Shown: positions 6,497-15,201 of the stretch, piece by piece
Layout of the letters: every line of letters starts with the position of its first letter
Position numbering within the stretch: position 1 is the first letter of the stretch
IMG/VR virus record: IMGVR_UViG_3300010348_001338
Span: 1-52,077 of that record
Direction: 5' to 3' (one strand)
Origin: a virus
Length of the DNA stretch: 52,077 nucleotides
Made by a program: the position numbers and the translations under genes
Notes under the pieces: generated by a model
The model's database searches: none
The model's input: only the letters and a program-made list of their open reading frames with translations
What the model was told of the DNA's origin: nothing

Positions 6497-7904
6497 CACT
6501 TCATCGTCTTATCGACGATTCGGTGAGAAGTACTTCAACGATCCTGTCGGTTTTTCCCAAGAGTGTATTCTATGGCGAAACGATGACAGACTAGCAGGGT
6601 ATCAACAGAGAACGCTGAGCAAACTCATCTCTGAAAGGCGAGAATCTCTGGTTGGGCCTCATGGTCTAGGGAAGACGACAACGTTCAGCCAAGCGATCCT
6701 TTGGTTTGCGCTGACGAGAGATGCCTTGGAGATTGATTGGAAGATCCCAACTACAGCTTCTGTCTGGCGACAGCTTGAGAAGTTTCTGTGGCCAGAAGTT
6801 CACAAGTGGGCTCGACGCTTGAAGTGGGATCAAATTGGCAGGAAAGCTTTCGATGATCACGAGCTGCTAAGCTTAGCTTTGAAGCTGGACTTCGGGGAGG
6901 CTTTCGCGATTGCGTCTGACAACCCCGAGACGTTGGAAGGTGCCCACGCTTCAGAGATCCTCTATATCTTTGATGAAGCGAAGATCATCCCTGACCCAAC
7001 GTGGGATTCAGTTGAAGGTGCTTTCAGTACTGGTAATGCTTATTGGCTTGCAGGGTCGACTCCCGGCACTCCTAATGGTCGCTTCTATGATATCTGTTCT
7101 CGCAAGGCAGGGTATCAAGATTGGTACGTGAATAGAGTAACTCTCGATGAGGCAATCGAATCAGGGCGTATCAATAAGGAGTGGGCTGAAGCAAGACGAC
7201 GTCAGTGGGGTGAGAATTCGTCGGTGTTCAAGAATCGTGTGTTGGGTGAGTTCGCTGCTCAAGAGACGGACTCCGCAATTCCTCTTGCTTGGGTTGAACA
7301 GGCAAATGAACGTTGGCAGAAGCTGATGGATGCAGGATGGAGAGCCAACGATCACACCATGACATCATTGGGAGCTGATATCGCGAGGTACGGTGAAGAC
7401 AAGACGTGCTTGGCTCTAAGGTACTCGAATGTGATCTCCCACATCGAGCGGTTCGATCAGCAGGATACGATGACAACGACTGGCAAGATTGTTGCTCGAC
7501 TGAGGGATCATGCGGAAGCCAACGTGGATGTGATTGGGCTGGGAGCAGGTGTTGTAGATCGTCTTCGTGAGCTTGGGATCCCTGTCAATGCTTTCAACTC
7601 AGCTGAAGCAACTGATGGGACAGATATATCGGGGGAGCGAATATTCCTCAACAAGAGGGCTGAAGCGTGGTGGCATCTTAGAGAGCTTCTCGACCCGGAT
7701 CGTGGAGAAGAGATTGCTCTGCCACCCGATGATCTGTTGATAGGTGATCTCACAGCTCCACGATGGAAAGAGACTTCCAACGGGAGAATTCAAATTGAGA
7801 GCAAGGATGACATCCGCAAGAGGCTGGGCAGATCAACAGATTCTGCGGATGCAGTCATCATGGCTTTCTATAACAACTTTGAGCGGACGGGCATTTTCGT
7901 CTAG
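6408..7904 (+). CDS. terL: Terminase large subunit
   Basis: Walker A GPHGLGKTT, Walker B ILYIFDEA and a C-terminal nuclease-like half. GAGGA lies 5 nt before ATG 6408. The gene overlaps the upstream gene by 89 nt; an alternative ATG is at 6444. Confidence 0.85.
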   Translation: MSQILPYSRPSGMSSYDSLRWVVESGLTTSTSSSYRRFGEKYFNDPVGFSQECILWRNDDRLAGYQQRTLSKLISERRESLVGPHGLGKTTTFSQAILWFALTRDALEIDWKIPTTASVWRQLEKFLWPEVHKWARRLKWDQIGRKAFDDHELLSLALKLDFGEAFAIASDNPETLEGAHASEILYIFDEAKIIPDPTWDSVEGAFSTGNAYWLAGSTPGTPNGRFYDICSRKAGYQDWYVNRVTLDEAIESGRINKEWAEARRRQWGENSSVFKNRVLGEFAAQETDSAIPLAWVEQANERWQKLMDAGWRANDHTMTSLGADIARYGEDKTCLALRYSNVISHIERFDQQDTMTTTGKIVARLRDHAEANVDVIGLGAGVVDRLRELGIPVNAFNSAEATDGTDISGERIFLNKRAEAWWHLRELLDPDRGEEIALPPDDLLIGDLTAPRWKETSNGRIQIESKDDIRKRLGRSTDSADAVIMAFYNNFERTGIFV

Positions 7905-7912
7905 GAGGGACT

Positions 7913-9328
7913 ATGGGAGCATTCCAGGCTATCAAGAGCTTCTTCTCCTCGAAGGTCACGGTAGCTTCGTTGATACCTACCTGGCAATCAGGACAAGCTG
8001 AATTCTCGGAGACGAAGCTCGAGAATATGATCAAGCATGGGTGGCGTAGGAACGAGCTCATCTATTCGTGCATATCGAAGAAGGGCAAGACGGCCTCTCA
8101 GGTAGAGCTGAAGGTCTATGACAAAGCTTCCGGGGTTGAGATCCCGAACCACCCACTGAAGAGATTGATTCAGAAACCAAACCCAGAGATGTCAGAGTAC
8201 GATTTCTGGTACTCTATTCTCGTGTATCAGCAACTTTCAGGCAAAGCTCTCTTCGAGAAGGAACGAAGTGAACGAGGCAAGCTCATCGGCCTTTGGCCTC
8301 TACGACCCGATTGGGTGAAAGTGAAGATGCGCAATCGAGTTGAGATCGAGAAGTACATCTACGAGCCACCGGGTATCACGAATCCCCCAGAGCTAGGTCC
8401 CAAAGATGTCGTGGCGTTCCGTGTGTGGGACCCAGAAGGTCTCTTCTCTACCTGGCCACCTGTTGCTGTTGCTTCACGATCCGGGGATACAGACAACGAC
8501 ATGACAGAGCTCCTGAAAGTCTTCTTTCAAGAAGGCGGGACTCCCATGGGCATCATCACCTCGAAGTTACGCCTTCGTCAAGATGCAGTCGATGATATTC
8601 GGGCTAGATGGCGACAGCGATACGGTGGCTGGCGTAATTGGATGGACCCTGCAGTGCTCGATTCTGACGCCACCTATCAACGCATTGGTCTGACGTTCCG
8701 GGAAATGGGCTTTGAAGTTCTTGATGCACGGTCGGAAGCTCGCATCTGTATGGTCTTGGATGTCCCTCCGATCCTCGTTGGTGCGAAGATTGGCCTGGAT
8801 AGAGCTACGTACTCGAACTACGCTGAAGCGCGAAAGTCGTGGTGGGAAGATTCTCTCGTGCCTATCTACACAGATCTGCTCGATGTGGTCATCAATCAGA
8901 TCCTACCCGAGTTTGATGACAGTGATCGAATCACAGTCAAGTGGGACTTCTCGAGAGTCCCAGCTTTACAGGAGAGCCAAAACATCATCTGGAGCCGGGC
9001 TCGAGAGGGCTTCACAGCAGGTGCTATCACGGTCAATGAGTTTCGTGAGATGGTAGGCCTGAAGTCGTATGGCCCAGCTGGTGATGTCTTCTTGCGATCT
9101 CCACAGCAGCTTGCTATCCCGATCACACAGTCAACGAATCTCTCTGAGCCAATCGAGGGGGCAGCTCAGTTAGGCCACTTTGAAACGAAGGCTCTCTTAT
9201 CCTCTCCTTCAGATGAACGACGTAGGGAATTCGAGGAGAAGATGACTGAGAGGCTCGTTGAATTCTTCATTGCTCAGAAGACGCGTGTACTTCAGAAGGT
9301 GAAAGATGAACACCCCAACTCAGACTGA
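7913..9328 (+). CDS. Portal protein (HK97-family-like)
   Basis: 471 aa, directly after TerL with an AGGAGGGA RBS. Overall resemblance to HK97-type portals. Confidence 0.8.
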   Translation: MGAFQAIKSFFSSKVTVASLIPTWQSGQAEFSETKLENMIKHGWRRNELIYSCISKKGKTASQVELKVYDKASGVEIPNHPLKRLIQKPNPEMSEYDFWYSILVYQQLSGKALFEKERSERGKLIGLWPLRPDWVKVKMRNRVEIEKYIYEPPGITNPPELGPKDVVAFRVWDPEGLFSTWPPVAVASRSGDTDNDMTELLKVFFQEGGTPMGIITSKLRLRQDAVDDIRARWRQRYGGWRNWMDPAVLDSDATYQRIGLTFREMGFEVLDARSEARICMVLDVPPILVGAKIGLDRATYSNYAEARKSWWEDSLVPIYTDLLDVVINQILPEFDDSDRITVKWDFSRVPALQESQNIIWSRAREGFTAGAITVNEFREMVGLKSYGPAGDVFLRSPQQLAIPITQSTNLSEPIEGAAQLGHFETKALLSSPSDERRREFEEKMTERLVEFFIAQKTRVLQKVKDEHPNSD

Positions 9329-9455
9329 GATTGAAGTTGAAGTTGTACCCCCGAAAGCAAAACCGTCTCTCGTGCCGAATCGACATGATCGACGTCGTCA
9401 AGCTACTCTTCAAAAGAAGAGGATCAAAACCCTGCAAAAGCAGAAGAAAAGTTAG
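9306..9455 (+). CDS. Small basic protein (49 aa, below the ORF-track cutoff)
   Basis: Hand translation gives MNTPTQTEIEVEVVPPKAKPSLVPNRHDRRRQATLQKKRIKTLQKQKKS*. AGGTGAAAG precedes the ATG, and the ORF overlaps the portal 3' end. Confidence 0.4.
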   Translation: MNTPTQTEIEVEVVPPKAKPSLVPNRHDRRRQATLQKKRIKTLQKQKKS

Positions 9456-9467
9456 GGATCTGTGAAT

Positions 9468-9607
9468 CGAGGATCAAATTGGGCGATGTGAGGATAGTTA
9501 GGATATATATATTTATATATATATCCTAACTATCCTAACTATCCCCCAAGATCCTCGGTTTGATCCTATCCTTCAAAAGAGATAGGAAAACCTAACTAAC
9601 TATCCTC
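9468..9607. repeat. Intergenic iteron/palindrome element, copy 2 (inverted relative to copy 1)
   Basis: The same 21-bp arms lie at 9492-9512 and 9515-9535, with TT at the centre instead of AA. An extra TAACTATCC lies at 9536-9544. The reverse complement of the 28-nt box lies at 9580-9607. An outer stem pairs CGAGGATC (9468-9475) with GATCCTCG (9550-9557). Confidence 0.9.
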
Positions 9608-9635
9608 AAAACTATTCATCGTGGGAGATTGGTCC

Positions 9636-9664
9636 TTGATTTCAGGGATCGAATTTCGTATAAT
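9636..9664 (+). promoter_or_regulatory. Sigma70-type promoter
   Basis: TTGATT (9636-9641), 17 nt spacer, TATAAT (9659-9664). Confidence 0.7.
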
Positions 9665-9693
9665 GAGATAAAGATCTAGAAAAGGAGTTTCAG

Positions 9694-10143
9694 ATGCTGT
9701 GGACGAATCGTGGTAAGTTTCTGGTCTTGAGCTACGCCTTTCGTGGGGCAACTCGACCAACGAATTTCTATGTTGCGCTAGTCACTTCAGCTGTTGCACC
9801 GAACGCTGACATCAATACGCTTTCCCAGCTGACTGAGATTGCAGCCGGCAATGGCTACACTTCCGGGGGTTATCAATTGACACCTGGAGCGACTGATTTC
9901 GACAGCTTGGTTGAAAACGACACAGATGATAGATCTGAATTGCAGATCAAAGATATCGTGTGGACTGCTTCGGGAGGCAATCTACCAGCATCCGGAGGTG
10001 GTGCTCGATATGCTGTGCTCCTCACGGATGAAGCTGTAGTGGGCAATCGGCAAGTCATCTGTGCCTGGGATCTGGTGAGTGATCGAACAGTTTCAAGCGG
10101 GCAGCCTCTGACCCTGCAAAACTGCGAAATCAGAATCTCGTAA
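9694..10143 (+). CDS. Putative virion-associated beta-rich protein
   Basis: 149-aa ORF with an AAAGGAG RBS. It is the first gene of the promoter-bounded cassette between portal and MuF-like genes. Confidence 0.45.
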   Translation: MLWTNRGKFLVLSYAFRGATRPTNFYVALVTSAVAPNADINTLSQLTEIAAGNGYTSGGYQLTPGATDFDSLVENDTDDRSELQIKDIVWTASGGNLPASGGGARYAVLLTDEAVVGNRQVICAWDLVSDRTVSSGQPLTLQNCEIRIS

Positions 10144-10156
10144 ACAGGAGGCCTAT

Positions 10157-10639
10157 GTGGCAACCCGTTTTGTTTTCACGCCAGAATCAGCTCACTTCCC
10201 ATCATCCAACCCAGCTGCCCTCACTTTGATCAATCGACGTCCAGTCCTAGCTTTCGATGCAGCGACCGATGAATCAGCTTATTGGACTGGGATTGCTCCT
10301 CAAGGGCTGACCGGCACAATTACCGCAATTGTGCATTACATCATGGCGTCTGCAACTAGCGGTGTGGTCTACTTCCAAGCGGCCTTGGAGGCCATCACAC
10401 CTGGGGATGCTGTTGATCTGGATGCCGGTGATTCTTTTGACACGGCCAACAGTGGGAATGGCACAGTACCTGCTACAGCCGGGTATGAACAGAGTATCAG
10501 TATCACAATGACTAACGCGGATTCGATTGCTGCAGGTGATTACTTCCGCTTGCGACTGAACAGAGATGCTGATAATGCTAGCGATACAGCGTCTGGGGAC
10601 GTTTATGTTCTCGGCGTTGAACTGCGTGATGGTGCATAA
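10157..10639 (+). CDS. Putative virion-associated beta-rich protein
   Basis: GTG start with ACAGGAGG 5 nt upstream. 160 aa. Confidence 0.45.
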   Translation: MATRFVFTPESAHFPSSNPAALTLINRRPVLAFDAATDESAYWTGIAPQGLTGTITAIVHYIMASATSGVVYFQAALEAITPGDAVDLDAGDSFDTANSGNGTVPATAGYEQSISITMTNADSIAAGDYFRLRLNRDADNASDTASGDVYVLGVELRDGA

Positions 10640-12105
10640 TGGCTGTTCGTAACGGCACGGCAGAGTGGACGGATTACCTGGCTCGTTCCAGCAACGTGCC
10701 CAGCTATGACGCCAATTACACGCTGCTGTGCTGGTTCCGGCTGGTCACTGCACCGGGCAGCTATTCCTGGGCTGATCTCATTTCACTCCGGTCGGAGCCA
10801 GCCGGAGTATTTTTCTTCGATGAGCTCGGAATCATGAATGTTGCAGGGACTTATAACCTGTACATCCAGGCCAGAAACGATGCAACTCGCGTAGATGCTT
10901 TAGGCTCGACTGCACTATCCACAAATACCTGGTATTGCGCTGCGTTGGTGCGATCCGCGGATACGAGCCGCATTGCATATCTAGGCAGCCTAGCAGCTCC
11001 ATTTTCACAAGATGCTAATCTGACATCGGGAGTGGGCAGTAGGACGAGCAACCCGGCTGCTCACCTGGGAGTTGCGGAAGCGAGTTCCGGGGTGGTATGC
11101 ATCGGTAACACGAAGATCTGGACTGCAGCGTTGACACTTGCAGAGTTGCAAGCCGAGCAGTTCAAGATGCTGCCTGTTCGTTGGGATAGCCTAGCTGCCT
11201 GGTTCCCATTTTTGGACATCGGAGCCAATCGTGGTCGGGATTATTCAGGTGGTGGTGACCTGACGACTCACGGCACAATGACAGATGAGGACAACCCACC
11301 GGTTTTGTATGGCGTCGGCCCAATTCTGTTACCCATTGCTGCTGTAGCAAGTGGAGTCACAGTAACACCTACTCCCACCACTGAGACCGCCGGAGGAGTC
11401 GACCCGATAGTTGTTCTAGGTGCTGTAGCTTTTGCACCCTCATCTGCAGGGGCAGTTGGCAGTGGGATCGATCCTGCAATCTCCCTAGGTGCAATCACAG
11501 TCACTCCCAACCCTGCAGATTCAACAGAATCAGGGGTTGATCCTACAGTTGTCCAGGGAAGCATAGTCGTTGTCCCCCAAGCTGTAGATTCGATATCTTC
11601 GGGGGTTGACCCGACTGTCATTCTATCGGGGGTAATCTTCACACCTGATGTAGCCTTGAGCACATCATCAGGAGTCAACCCAGGAGTCATTCTCGGGCCA
11701 ATCTCGATTACACCTAATCCCACAGAAGAAGCAAGCAGTGGAGTAGACCCTACAGTTGTCGTTGGCTTCGCGGTTACTGTTACACCCAGCCCTACTGTTG
11801 CTCAATCCAGTAGTGTTGATCCAACGATCACCTTAGGCCCGATCACTCTGACTCCAGCAGTCGCTTTTGTTGTAGGGTCCGGTGTAGATTCTACGATCAT
11901 TCTGGGGCCAATCACAACAACCCCTTCACCTGCAGCCGTGATTGGGGGCACAGTCAGTCCAGCAGTTATCATCTCCGCTATCTACATCTACGTTGATCTC
12001 GAGGGTGAAATCACATCGATTGTAGATTTAGCTGGAGATGTGCAGACAGAGATTGATCTTGAAGGAGAGATTTCGACAGTGATCCTTCTGGAAGGAGGAG
12101 TATGA
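10639..12105 (+). CDS. LamG/concanavalin-like N-terminal domain protein with nine ~20-aa tandem repeats and C-terminal decapeptide repeats (candidate fibre or decoration protein)
   Basis: 488 aa. Repeat units resemble ITVTPNPADSTESGVDPTVVQGS. The tail reads VDLEGEITSI/VDLAGDVQTE/IDLEGEISTV. The ATG overlaps the upstream TAA (TAATG). Confidence 0.6.
   Translation: MAVRNGTAEWTDYLARSSNVPSYDANYTLLCWFRLVTAPGSYSWADLISLRSEPAGVFFFDELGIMNVAGTYNLYIQARNDATRVDALGSTALSTNTWYCAALVRSADTSRIAYLGSLAAPFSQDANLTSGVGSRTSNPAAHLGVAEASSGVVCIGNTKIWTAALTLAELQAEQFKMLPVRWDSLAAWFPFLDIGANRGRDYSGGGDLTTHGTMTDEDNPPVLYGVGPILLPIAAVASGVTVTPTPTTETAGGVDPIVVLGAVAFAPSSAGAVGSGIDPAISLGAITVTPNPADSTESGVDPTVVQGSIVVVPQAVDSISSGVDPTVILSGVIFTPDVALSTSSGVNPGVILGPISITPNPTEEASSGVDPTVVVGFAVTVTPSPTVAQSSSVDPTITLGPITLTPAVAFVVGSGVDSTIILGPITTTPSPAAVIGGTVSPAVIISAIYIYVDLEGEITSIVDLAGDVQTEIDLEGEISTVILLEGGV
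11356..11974 (+). repeat. In-frame tandem coding repeats (about 60-63 nt period, 9 units)
   Basis: The motif SGVDPTV(I/V)LG(P)I(T)xTP recurs in the translated product of 10639..12105. Coordinates were converted from aa ~240-445. Confidence 0.8.
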
Positions 12106-12404
12106 GCGCCAAGGTCATTCAATTAGGTGATGTCGGGACCACCCTTCGATTCACAGTGAAAGAGAACGGTGTAGCCAAAGACATCAGTGGAGCAACGGTA
12201 AAGCAACTGATCTTCCGTCGGGGTCTTACGTCTATTACCCGAACAGCTGACTTCACGACGACAGGCTCCGATGGTAGTCTCTCTTACACACTCACGGGTG
12301 AGGATCTCGTGTTAGTGGGGGCCTGGGAAGTGAGAGCCCACATCGAGTCAATCGCGGGAAAGTGGACGAGCAGACCGGATCAGATTGAAGTTGAATCAAC
12401 TTAG
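12102..12404 (+). CDS. Ig-like / BppU-N-like small beta protein
   Basis: 100 aa, start coupled to the upstream stop (ATGA). Alternating beta-strand pattern VGTTLRFTVKENG...DISGATV. Confidence 0.45.
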   Translation: MSAKVIQLGDVGTTLRFTVKENGVAKDISGATVKQLIFRRGLTSITRTADFTTTGSDGSLSYTLTGEDLVLVGAWEVRAHIESIAGKWTSRPDQIEVEST

Positions 12405-12415
12405 TGTATTGGGTA

Positions 12416-12444
12416 TTGATTTTCTTCAAGAAAGTCGGTATAAT
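12416..12444 (+). promoter_or_regulatory. Sigma70-type promoter (head and tail operon)
   Basis: TTGATT (12416-12421), 17 nt spacer, TATAAT (12439-12444), preceded by TATTGGGTA. Confidence 0.75.
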
Positions 12445-12470
12445 ATAGGTGTGAAACTCGGAGGTAATCG

Positions 12471-13682
12471 ATGCCCGTTGATGATGCATTCTGGCAACAG
12501 GAGTCAGAGGAGCTGATGAAGGTGATGCAGCCTTGGATTGAAGAGGCTGCTCTTCGCAGTATCCCTGATGGTCTTGATGCTCTAGGGAATGCAATCGTGG
12601 GTGTTTCAGTTGATTGGAATCTGATCAACCAGCAAGCTCGTGCCTGGGCTGTCGTTCACACAGCAGAATCGGTAGCCCAGATCACTAGGACATCGATGGA
12701 AGCTTTCACTGCAGCTTTTCCCGAGTGGGTAGCTTCTGGACAGCATCTCGATGCCCTCTCCGATGCTCTAGCAAAGAGCTACGAGCCTTGGCGAGCTCGT
12801 CTGATTGCCGTTACTGAAACTACCCGGGCTTACGCTGAAGGCAACTACATCATGTGGCGAGCTTCGGGGGTAGTCGATGGTACCCGATGGTTCACGGCCG
12901 AAGATGAGCTTGTTTGTCCAATCTGTGGGGGACTCGCAGGAGAAACTGTTGCTCTCGATCAGACTTACTCTACAGGCACTCGACGTCCCCCTGCTCATGC
13001 AGGTTGTCGTTGTACTGAGCATCCTGTAGTTGGTGGGATTGAACCAGAGAGAGTTGACCTCTCGAGATCAGCTTTTACAGATGGACGAGACCTTTCAAGC
13101 TATCAGTTGATGGCAGATACTGCAAGTCGGCTTGCTCAAGCTTGGAAGCCGAGCGAAATCGGACTTTCCGATCTTATGAAAGAGCAAGGCTTTACCGGCA
13201 GTCCAGAAGCGTTCATCGAGAGTATGTTACGACACTGGGCTGGGAGTAGTGGGTCCGTTCCCTCTCGTATTATGATCGAGGCTGCAGCTGAGAAAGCTGG
13301 AGTTGCTATCCCACAAGATTTCATCAGTGCTGGTGTTCGAAGATGGTTTGAGGCACACCCAGAGGCCTTGCAAGATCTTCGAGCTCTGGGCAACCTGATG
13401 TTTGACTCCACTCAGAAGTGGTTCCGGGAACGTAATCTAGAGATGGTTCATCTAGTTCGTTCAGAAGTGATCGGGACCTCAAGGAATCGAGCCTTCACTT
13501 CTTGGACGACATCACGTGGGTTCTTCATTTCGTCAGATATAAATCGGGAATATGTCGATGCTTTTATTCCTGTCAATCGAATCTTCTCGATCCCATCTAC
13601 TGGGTTTGGCAACCTCGATGAACTTGAAGCAGTCGTTCTGGGAGACTATTCCGAGTTTATTATAGTGGGAGGGACAGTTTGA
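12471..13682 (+). CDS. Minor head / head-morphogenesis protein (SPP1 gp7 / Mu F-like)
   Basis: AVTETTRAYAEGN...WFTAEDELVCPICGGLAG...PPAHAGCRCT is characteristic of the MuF/gp7 domain. Confidence 0.8.
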   Translation: MPVDDAFWQQESEELMKVMQPWIEEAALRSIPDGLDALGNAIVGVSVDWNLINQQARAWAVVHTAESVAQITRTSMEAFTAAFPEWVASGQHLDALSDALAKSYEPWRARLIAVTETTRAYAEGNYIMWRASGVVDGTRWFTAEDELVCPICGGLAGETVALDQTYSTGTRRPPAHAGCRCTEHPVVGGIEPERVDLSRSAFTDGRDLSSYQLMADTASRLAQAWKPSEIGLSDLMKEQGFTGSPEAFIESMLRHWAGSSGSVPSRIMIEAAAEKAGVAIPQDFISAGVRRWFEAHPEALQDLRALGNLMFDSTQKWFRERNLEMVHLVRSEVIGTSRNRAFTSWTTSRGFFISSDINREYVDAFIPVNRIFSIPSTGFGNLDELEAVVLGDYSEFIIVGGTV

Positions 13683-14092
13683 AGATTCGTATCGAAGGTC
13701 TCGATGAGCTCAGGCGAAAGTGGGGAGGCAGTGAGGCTAGCTTCAAGTCTGCCTTTCGCACTGCAATGGATCGTTCAGTCAAGTACGTCCATGAAGAGAT
13801 CCCACCCTACCCTGCTCCGCCTGCTGGATCAACGTACACCCGTACGATGCAGCTCGATCGATCAATTGGGACGGAAGTGAGGTCAGTAGGGTCCGATTTC
13901 ATAGGCACGATCGGGACGAATCTCATTTATGCACCGTACGTTATCAGCACTGAGAAGGTAGATGCTCGTGGTCCACAAGCGAAGGTTCATCGGGGTCGAT
14001 GGTGGACGTTGCAAGGAGTTCTTGAGAAGGCCAAAGGTCAAGTTCAAAGAATCTTCACCCAGACTTTCGAACAGTGGGTAAAGAAGCTTTAG
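13679..14092 (+). CDS. HK97 gp10-like virion protein
   Basis: TTG start after GGGAGGG, overlapping the upstream TGA. The NLIYAPYVIS segment resembles the gp10-family YA.YVE motif. Confidence 0.4.
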   Translation: MKIRIEGLDELRRKWGGSEASFKSAFRTAMDRSVKYVHEEIPPYPAPPAGSTYTRTMQLDRSIGTEVRSVGSDFIGTIGTNLIYAPYVISTEKVDARGPQAKVHRGRWWTLQGVLEKAKGQVQRIFTQTFEQWVKKL

Positions 14093-14101
14093 GAGAAGAA
14101 G

Positions 14102-15199
14102 ATGGAGTACAAATCTGTTGCATCGGTCGTGAAGAGTATCGAAGATCGCACTGTTACCGGGTTGACAGCCGTGATGGGCAACATCGATGACGGTGGTGAT
14201 CGAATCTTCCCAGGTGCTTTCCGCAAAACCCTTCAGGAGCATCTTTCCCGGGTGAAGCATCTCTGGCAACATGATGCTACACAACCTCCGACAGCAGTTA
14301 TCAAAGACATACGGGAAGTTGGCGTTGCGGATGTGCCTATGGAAGTGTTGAACATGTACCCGAATGCTACGGGTGCTTTGCAGGTGACTCGGGAATATCT
14401 CCCAACGCCTCGGGGCGAAGAGATCCTTCGCGGGATCATCAGTGGAGCCATCTCTGAGATGTCATTCGGGTACGATCCTATCAAGTTCGATTTCGAGGAG
14501 GTTCCAGGCAAAGGAGTCATCCGCAATCTTCGAGAGTGTCGTTTGTGGGATACTTCCGATGTCAACTGGGGCATGAACCCAGCTACAGTAGCTTCAAAAG
14601 CTGCTATTCCCTTCAAGGATACAGGCAAAGCTGATGAGAGTGAACCCTGGTCAGCTCCTGGACTCGAAGCTTTCTCAGATGAGTCATTTGGAGACCTCCC
14701 GGAGTCTCAGAGGCGCCGCATTGCAGGACACTTTGCGTGGAGTGCAAGCACACCTCCCGAGACGTTCGGTGATCTCAAGCTCCCCCATCATGAAGCTTCT
14801 AAGTCAGGGATTGGGCCTGCAGTCTGGAGGGGGGTCAGCGCAGCAATGGGAGCATTGATGGGAGCTCGTGGGGGTGTAGACATCCCTGACTCTGATCGTC
14901 AGGCTGTCTACACTCATCTATCACGCCATTACGAGCAGTTTGGGAAAGAAGCTCCTGATTTCAAGTTCGTCGAGCTTGCTTATCGGGCAGTGACGTTTCA
15001 AGTTGATGAGTTCAAGTCTGGACGCGTTCTCAGTGCATCGAATGTTGATCGACTGAAACGTGCTCTAGCGGAACTGCAAGATATTCTTGCCGCAGCCGAG
15101 CCGTTGGAAGACCCTCAAAAGGTGGCCGCACTCACTGCACAGTTGCTTCGGAAGATCAAGCTCGCGGAGCATGATCCGATTCTACTTTCTGTGAGGTAA
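14102..15199 (+). CDS. Prohead protease (HK97 family) with C-terminal extension
   Basis: The N-terminus VTGLTAVMGNIDDGGDRIFPGAF is typical of HK97-type proteases. The gene lies directly upstream of the major capsid gene. Confidence 0.75.
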   Translation: MEYKSVASVVKSIEDRTVTGLTAVMGNIDDGGDRIFPGAFRKTLQEHLSRVKHLWQHDATQPPTAVIKDIREVGVADVPMEVLNMYPNATGALQVTREYLPTPRGEEILRGIISGAISEMSFGYDPIKFDFEEVPGKGVIRNLRECRLWDTSDVNWGMNPATVASKAAIPFKDTGKADESEPWSAPGLEAFSDESFGDLPESQRRRIAGHFAWSASTPPETFGDLKLPHHEASKSGIGPAVWRGVSAAMGALMGARGGVDIPDSDRQAVYTHLSRHYEQFGKEAPDFKFVELAYRAVTFQVDEFKSGRVLSASNVDRLKRALAELQDILAAAEPLEDPQKVAALTAQLLRKIKLAEHDPILLSVR

Positions 15200-15201
15200 C
15201 C

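Noticed and set aside
11356-11974. Regularly spaced repeats considered as a possible CRISPR array or DGR variable region
   Set aside because: The repeats are in frame inside a long ORF, contiguous without spacers, and diverged. No cas genes, reverse transcriptase or template repeat were seen anywhere in the window.
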